Assembly: GCA_951406725.2 (NCBI GenBank)
Contig: OX597816.1
Coordinates: 76,694,001 to 76,758,000, forward strand
Reading direction: 5' to 3'
DNA length: 64,000 nucleotides
Origin: Octopus vulgaris
Lineage: Eukaryota
Below are positions 59,416 to 64,000 of the stretch, piece after piece. The notes beneath the pieces were generated by a model that ran no database searches, had not been told where the DNA came from, and was given only the letters and a program-made list of their open reading frames with translations. Both the position numbers and the translations under genes were made by a program. How positions within the stretch are numbered: position 1 is the stretch's first letter; each line of letters starts with the position of its first letter.

Positions 59416-61679
59416 TTAATAAGCATGTCCTCTACTAAAGAGTATTGAATAATTCTTCAGCTTAATGTTAAATTGTTCTCATATATAATTTGACATAAAC
59501 AAAAGCATTTCTCCAAACCATACGCTAACACTGCTCTCTTCTTGCGAGGAAGCATTTGAAAACGTATAGTTTCCCTTAGTGCTTTATAAAGTATTATTTT
59601 TACTCTTTAAGCTTTTTTTTTTTATAACAGTGAGATACATTTATGCTTCCGTATATACACAATTTAACAGGTTCAATTTTCGTCTTATCCATAATAACAT
59701 TACTTCTGTCTGACTTCAATATAATGGCGTCACTAACTAACAAGAGAGCTTTTTCACAGTTTCCAATTCTGTATACATTGCCGTCTTTAAGAGAAAACAC
59801 TGAATTGAATAAATTGTACCCCGAAGGACACTGATTAAAAAGCAAAAGATAGTTACGACTAGGATACCTTTGATCATAGCTTCATTAGATTGATTTGGGA
59901 CTAAACAGGAAAAATATTATGTATATTACTTTTTTATATCATTTATTTACTGAGATATAAATTCGATATAGTTGATAAATTTTGATAAATGTATGAATTG
60001 CCTAGAGGTTCCGTTACCTCACAATTGTATTTCATATATTTATTTTCTATGTTTGGCTTCGAGTTAAAATGCTTTTAAATTGAATGCGATACATGTTTGG
60101 TTTTAATCATTTTATTCACAACGTCTATTTTACTTCTGTCCAATTTTTATCACTTCAGTTGTCTCGGTGTAGTGATTTATATAATAGGTTTATTTTTCTA
60201 TTAACTCTTTAAACCACAGTTTGTGAAATCAATTCGTATAGTATAAAACCCGGTAGAGAAGTACGAGTGGAAGCATATGGCTTAGTGGTCACGGTGTTGA
60301 AGTCATGATCGAAAGATTGTGGTTTCGATTCCTGGACCGGGGGACGCACTGTGTTCTTGAGCAAAATATTTCATTTCTCGTCATTACGAGCGTATATGAA
60401 TCGAGAAGGAACTTAGAGAAGTATGATGATATTTGGATAAATATTACCGACGGTATTGAACTACCATCCACCACAAATGTCTTCTATATAATTGGCTGTG
60501 TTTGCTAACAGAGAAAAGAGACCAAAGAATCTTGCTGGCATTGTAAAACAATATTGTAGCAATGTTAAGCCAAATGTATTTTAATATTTGCCTTGTTATC
60601 TTGCAAATTTAAATGCAGTCAAAGAGACAGGTGAGCACTGTAACGAGAAAAGCAAACTATATACACTTGTGAATATCATGACATGGATCTACTGAGGTAG
60701 GTGTTATCTGCTATGAAGAGAAAGAGTGAATAAAATAACACATTGCTATCATAATAAAAATGAAACAATCAGAAACAAGGAGAGACTTGCCTGTATCAAG
60801 TAAATCAGCCAATCATCGAAAAATTAGCGTTTGTGATTATTTTCTGATTAGTTAAAACAACACAAATGACAAAGGTAAACCTCAGTACAGGAGGGCTAGC
60901 TACAGGCTTGAAAGACAAATAGGTGCCAGTTAAAACGCAAGAGCAAAAGTTCTGAAAAAATATTAACTAGCGATATTGTTTATGGGATTAATGCATTAGT
61001 ATTTTGATTTGTATGAAATATAATGGCAGACATTATGCCATACCTTCTTCTAATCACATAAAAACACAGATTGAAGTAGAATTTCATTTATAAAAGCGAT
61101 AATGAGTTTAAAGAAGGGCAGACCCATACCTTTTAAATTATAGTTAGTACTATCATAAAATTTCACATTCACCAACAGCATTATTTTAACAGGTTAACAG
61201 GTTAATTTTAGTACTATGCATGTTTCTGTTTGTCGTTGTTCTTTTGCCTTGCCCAGGCCAACTCAAATCTAGGACTGCTATTCTTAGCAGGTCGATCGAA
61301 TACATAGACGTTCGGTCTTAGCTTGTTGGTAGTCGTGATTTAGGGAAGTGGAGTGAATAATGGACTGGAGACGGATTTCAGTAAGTATTAAAGTGTTTAA
61401 AAGGTTGGGTTTTGTTAACGTTAAGTAGTGCAAGTGGTTTTATAAGCTCGATATGGATGTTAATATTCGTTTACATAATTAAATAAATATTATGCAACAG
61501 TAACTTTAATGTAATTATTGAAACATTGCCTCGCCAGTAAATTTGTTTATATTGACGTAAGTAACGCGACACCTAATAGCTACTCACACGTACAAGAAGT
61601 GCGCGTTGTATTTCGTTCGCATAACTCTGACAACATGACATGCTTCTTATCAAATATATTTATTTCCATATAGTTGGGA

Positions 61680-62090
61680 GGCGGCGAACTGGCAGAAACG
61701 TTAGCACACCGGGTGAAATGCGTTGCCGTATTTCGTCTACCGCTACGTTCTGAGTTCAAATTCTGCCGAGGTCGACTTTGCTTTTCATCCTTTCGGGGTC
61801 GATAAATAAAGTACCAGTTTCGCACTGGGGTCGATCTAATCGACTTAATCCGTCTGTCTGTCCTTGTTTGTCCTCTCTGTGTTTAACCACTTGTGGGTAG
61901 AAAAGAAATAGGTATTTCGTCTGTCGCTACGTTCTGAGTTCAAATTCCGCCGAGGTCAACTTTGCCTTTCATCCTCTCGGGGTCGATAAATAAAGTACCA
62001 GTTTGGCACTTGGGTTGATGTAATCGATTTAATACCTTTGTCTGTCTATGTTTGTCACCTCTATGTTTAGCCCCCTGTGGGCAGTAAAGA
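61680..62090 (+). mobile_element. tRNA-like SINE with internal tandem duplication, well preserved
   Basis: ggcggcgaactggcagaaacgttagc..ctgagttcaaattc (B-box)..tttcatcctttcggggtcgataaa; body repeated from ~61912. Confidence 0.82.
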
Positions 62091-63199
62091 AATATATATA
62101 TTTATTTTTATATAGTTACAGTGTTATTGATGTATACGTCTATAACATTCAACAATGATTTTACTAAGGAATGTCAATGTCACAGGCGACTACATAGCTA
62201 ACCTGAAGAGCATATTAGATCACGCAATGAAGGTACTCTTCGGTCGGGGATTACCAAGACAGGTTGCTACCAGGTGTTTCTTGAGGCATAAGAAAACTTT
62301 TACATACTCTTCGGTCCCGCATGATGTATGAAGATGGCACTGGTGATGTTTCATTTCATGAGCTTATACGTAGCGGCTATTGGAATTTACGATGTGCATA
62401 GTTGTAGAATTAGGATTTTCGGTTTATTTGTTTTCTCCTAATGGATTATAGACGTGGCTGCTTTTAGAATTACTTATTGCACTCTTAGAACGTTTCACCT
62501 TTGCTTAAGTTCTCAATGGGTTTTGAAAGGAAAGAAATGTTATTTATGTAAGTAGACTATTAACAATTCTTTTATTATGCTAAGTGATTTTGATTGTATA
62601 GACACACACGCGAATATAGTATGTGTGTGAGTGTGCATGTGTATGTGTGTGCATGTGTGCGTGTGTGAGTGTGAACATAGATAGATCCATATAGCGTATG
62701 AATGTGAACATGTATATTGGGAAAAGTGGCACAGACAGACAATCTCATTCACAGGAGAAACGAATACACAGCTGACACAGGCATGCGCAAGTCTAATTCC
62801 TCCTTCAAAACTTCGTGTGTGTGTGTGTATGTGAAAGAATGGTTGTCGTTGTTTAAGTAAATTTCTCTTGAACAGCATTGGAGAATTTTACTTTTGAAAC
62901 ATTTAGGAGAGATTATATGGAAGATTTACCAATAAAGTGGCATCGGAATTGTTTTTTGGGTTGTTGGTTACATAGACAGTTTAATCAGTAATTTAGAAAG
63001 AAAAGGTTTCCTCTAAGTGCCGGAAAAGGAAATTGTCACATTCAGAAATATTTCTAGCGTAACAATATATGACGTGAACTTACGATTTGCTTCCAAAAAT
63101 GTTTTCATTGTAGATGTTAGAATTTTATTATTGTCGTTTAGCCTTGCTCGGTCTGAATTATGTATTATCAACGTTATTCAGGTATTATTTATCTCAGCT

Positions 63200-63910
63200 T
63201 AGGCTCCCGCAGATGAAACGATTCTGGCCTTCTTTGCAGAAGATGTGTATGGGTGTTTCCACTGCATGGATTGTCTCTATATCTCTGGTTGAAAGTGATG
63301 AGTCCAACATTCATCCTGAGCTAGGAGACGTTCAAGGAAATCAGCTGGGTCTGAAAAGTGAGCGTTTCCCGTCATGTGATCAGCCTGGTGCACTTTTGGT
63401 CAGGTGCCAGATGTGGCAACCACTATGCAGAAACCTTTGTCACACCAAGTTTATTGTGCAGAATATCAACTCCCAGGATATGCTAATAGTATTGTCGGTT
63501 TGATCTATATAATCAATCGCCTCTCATCTATTACCATGTGGTGGTCACCATCAATGTTTTCTTCGGGGATGGAAGTTGCAGGACGTCCAGACGTTGCACT
63601 GTTGATAAAGCTGGAGCGTCATCCCCTAATGTAGCCACCATAACAAAATGAATATCCTTTAGGTGTTTACCTTATTTCTGCTGGTACTTTATGACATCAC
63701 GATGCCAAATTATGTCTTTTTTCAATGGAAGTCTCTATTAGTTACTTCTGAAATCTTCTTTGAACAGATAGATGTCAGTTTACGTGGAAAGAAACAATGC
63801 AGTTATTAATAAGAAGGGCTGATATTAATGCATTCAAGATTTCACAGCTCCATGCACTTTTCAGCCCACCATCGTACTTTCTTTTTCAGAAATTCTGCCA
63901 TATCCAGATT
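63200..63910 (-). mobile_element. Decayed mariner transposase fragment
   Basis: Minus strand shows WLPHL, ITxDGK and QSMQWKHP-like motifs; parallels the 48.6-49.8 kb element but heavily mutated. Confidence 0.6.
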
Positions 63911-64000
63911 GTCACTTAGGCACTCACAAAGCCAAGTGCACTAGTTGTTCTTGACATAAATGTGAATTTTTAATCTGAGTGGTGGAAATGAAGGTTTCGT

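Noticed and set aside
52738-64000. Expected hinge exon (TDxxxFCC) and 7TM exons of the GPCR
   Set aside because: No phase-2 exon with such motifs found by eye; candidate acceptors near 60510 and 63890 give no matching frame. Probably beyond the window, though a small exon could have been missed

Overview
AT-rich, microsatellite- and transposon-dense animal DNA. The SINE sequences and repeat landscape suggest a coleoid cephalopod, probably Octopus (inference). One host gene crosses the window on the + strand as ten short GT-AG exons (4967-52737). They splice into one open frame encoding two LDL-receptor class A modules, an LRR N-terminal cap and seven 72-nt leucine-rich-repeat exons. This is the ectodomain of a GRL101-like LDLa/LRR G-protein-coupled receptor; its start, hinge and 7TM exons were not found in the window. 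The introns hold decayed Penelope-like retroelements (PLEs), a full-length but frameshifted mariner, R4/Dong-type and CR1/L2-type LINE fragments, a non-autonomous Helitron, MITEs and several SINE families. Less expected features: (1) about a dozen type I hammerhead-ribozyme-like motifs, one near-canonical and several with covarying core positions 3 and 8 (C-G, G-C, G-U, U-A); (2) several long inverted repeats near exons, including a 297-bp near-perfect palindrome with a 14-bp target-site duplication; (3) a set of retroelement pieces co-oriented in (CATA)n arrays. Most ORFs in the supplied track are microsatellite artefacts.
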